A DNA stretch of 64,000 nucleotides from Acidobacteriota bacterium (lineage in GTDB: Bacteria; Acidobacteriota; Vicinamibacteria; Vicinamibacterales; UBA8438). How positions within the stretch are numbered: position 1 is the stretch's first letter; every line of letters begins with the position of its first letter. Below the pieces are notes generated by a model. That model did not search any database. It saw only the letters and a program-made list of their open reading frames with translations, and was not told the DNA's origin. Shown here in pieces: positions 63,708-64,000 of the stretch. The translations under genes were made by a program, and so were the position numbers. The stretch spans positions 22,284 through 86,283 of the forward strand of contig VXME01000110.1 in NCBI GenBank assembly GCA_009861545.1, in the 5' to 3' direction.

Positions 63708-64000
63708 ATGCCCGGTTCATCCACGTTCGACGTCGGCGAGGCGGTCCACAAGCTCCGTCAATCGCTCCCCAACCGACAGGTGATTCATGGGGCAGTCGGG
63801 CAGGCCCGCGGGCGCCTGTTCAATGTGTCAACCCGCTGCGCGGCGGTCGAGAAGCTCCGGGAGTCGCTCAAGGAACACGAGAGCCTTCGCGAGCAGGTCG
63901 AGCAGGCCAGCGTAAGGCTGTTCGAACAGCGGCAACGGGTTGCCGCCGAGGTGATCGAGCCCGTGGAGGAATACGTCAACGGGCTGGCGAACACGCCCAA
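63708..64000 (+). CDS. hypothetical protein, N-terminal fragment (runs off window)
   Basis: Not in the track because there is no stop before the window end. Manual translation gives MPGSSTFDVGEAVHKLRQSLPNRQVIHGAVGQARGRLFNVSTRCAAVEKLRESLKEHESLREQVEQASVRLFEQRQRVAAEVIEPVEEYVNGLANTP. It is coiled-coil-like and the frame stays open to the end. Confidence 0.45.
   Translation, partial: MPGSSTFDVGEAVHKLRQSLPNRQVIHGAVGQARGRLFNVSTRCAAVEKLRESLKEHESLREQVEQASVRLFEQRQRVAAEVIEPVEEYVNGLANTP

Noticed and set aside
63311-64000. Retron or group II intron-like element (non-coding RNA region followed by an ORF)
   Set aside because: The downstream ORF shows no reverse-transcriptase motifs in the ~97 residues visible. 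No GUGYG 5-prime end or domain V-like hairpin was recognised.

Overview
This is a visibly very GC-rich bacterial chromosomal window. I recognised no rRNA, tRNA, CRISPR array, transposase or integrase. About 50 protein-coding genes can be supported. Most very long ORFs in the six-frame track are antisense or overlapping GC artefacts. All family calls come from motif recognition by eye; no search was run.

Left part (1-15 kb): housekeeping genes. These are tmk (partial), lysA, an ECF sigma/STAS/small-protein operon, lpxC, uvrA, an HNH endonuclease, an M48 protease, a dapA-like gene, a CBM9/DUF5916-like protein and xth.

Centre (about 15.2-41.6 kb): an envelope metal or metallo-cofactor acquisition island. 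It contains:
- three TonB-dependent receptors, each with an N-terminal carboxypeptidase-regulatory-like domain, two of them with His/Asp-rich loops;
- five paralogous small exported Cys/His proteins that all end in R[AG]PPA (DUF2946-like);
- an ABC ATPase plus two DUF3526-like ABC-2 permeases;
- a co-directional cluster of small Cys/His protein, TBDR, a 1596-aa doubly membrane-anchored CobN-like chelatase, a Kelch/PQQ double propeller, a polytopic membrane protein, a MotA/ExbB-like protein and a DUF2149-like protein, with no AAA+ chelatase partners.

This last cluster is my best candidate for a poorly described system. It resembles the Bacteroidota hmuRSTUV layout but sits in a different context.

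Right part:
- an AbiEi/AbiEii toxin-antitoxin module;
- two DUF1552 genes, one paired with a DUF1592-type cytochrome c protein and an ankyrin protein;
- a GT4/FkbM/CMD operon and a cyclase-family gene;
- an orphan CopG-type antitoxin with a toxin relic;
- an ADOP duplicated permease preceded by a PadR gene that carries an in-frame TAA;
- a cytochrome c-PQQ dehydrogenase;
- a roughly 400-bp lower-GC non-coding region before a partial ORF.

The gene content (ADOP+PadR, DUF1552/DUF1592, CarboxypepD_reg-TBDRs) suggests an Acidobacteriota-like origin. That is inference only.
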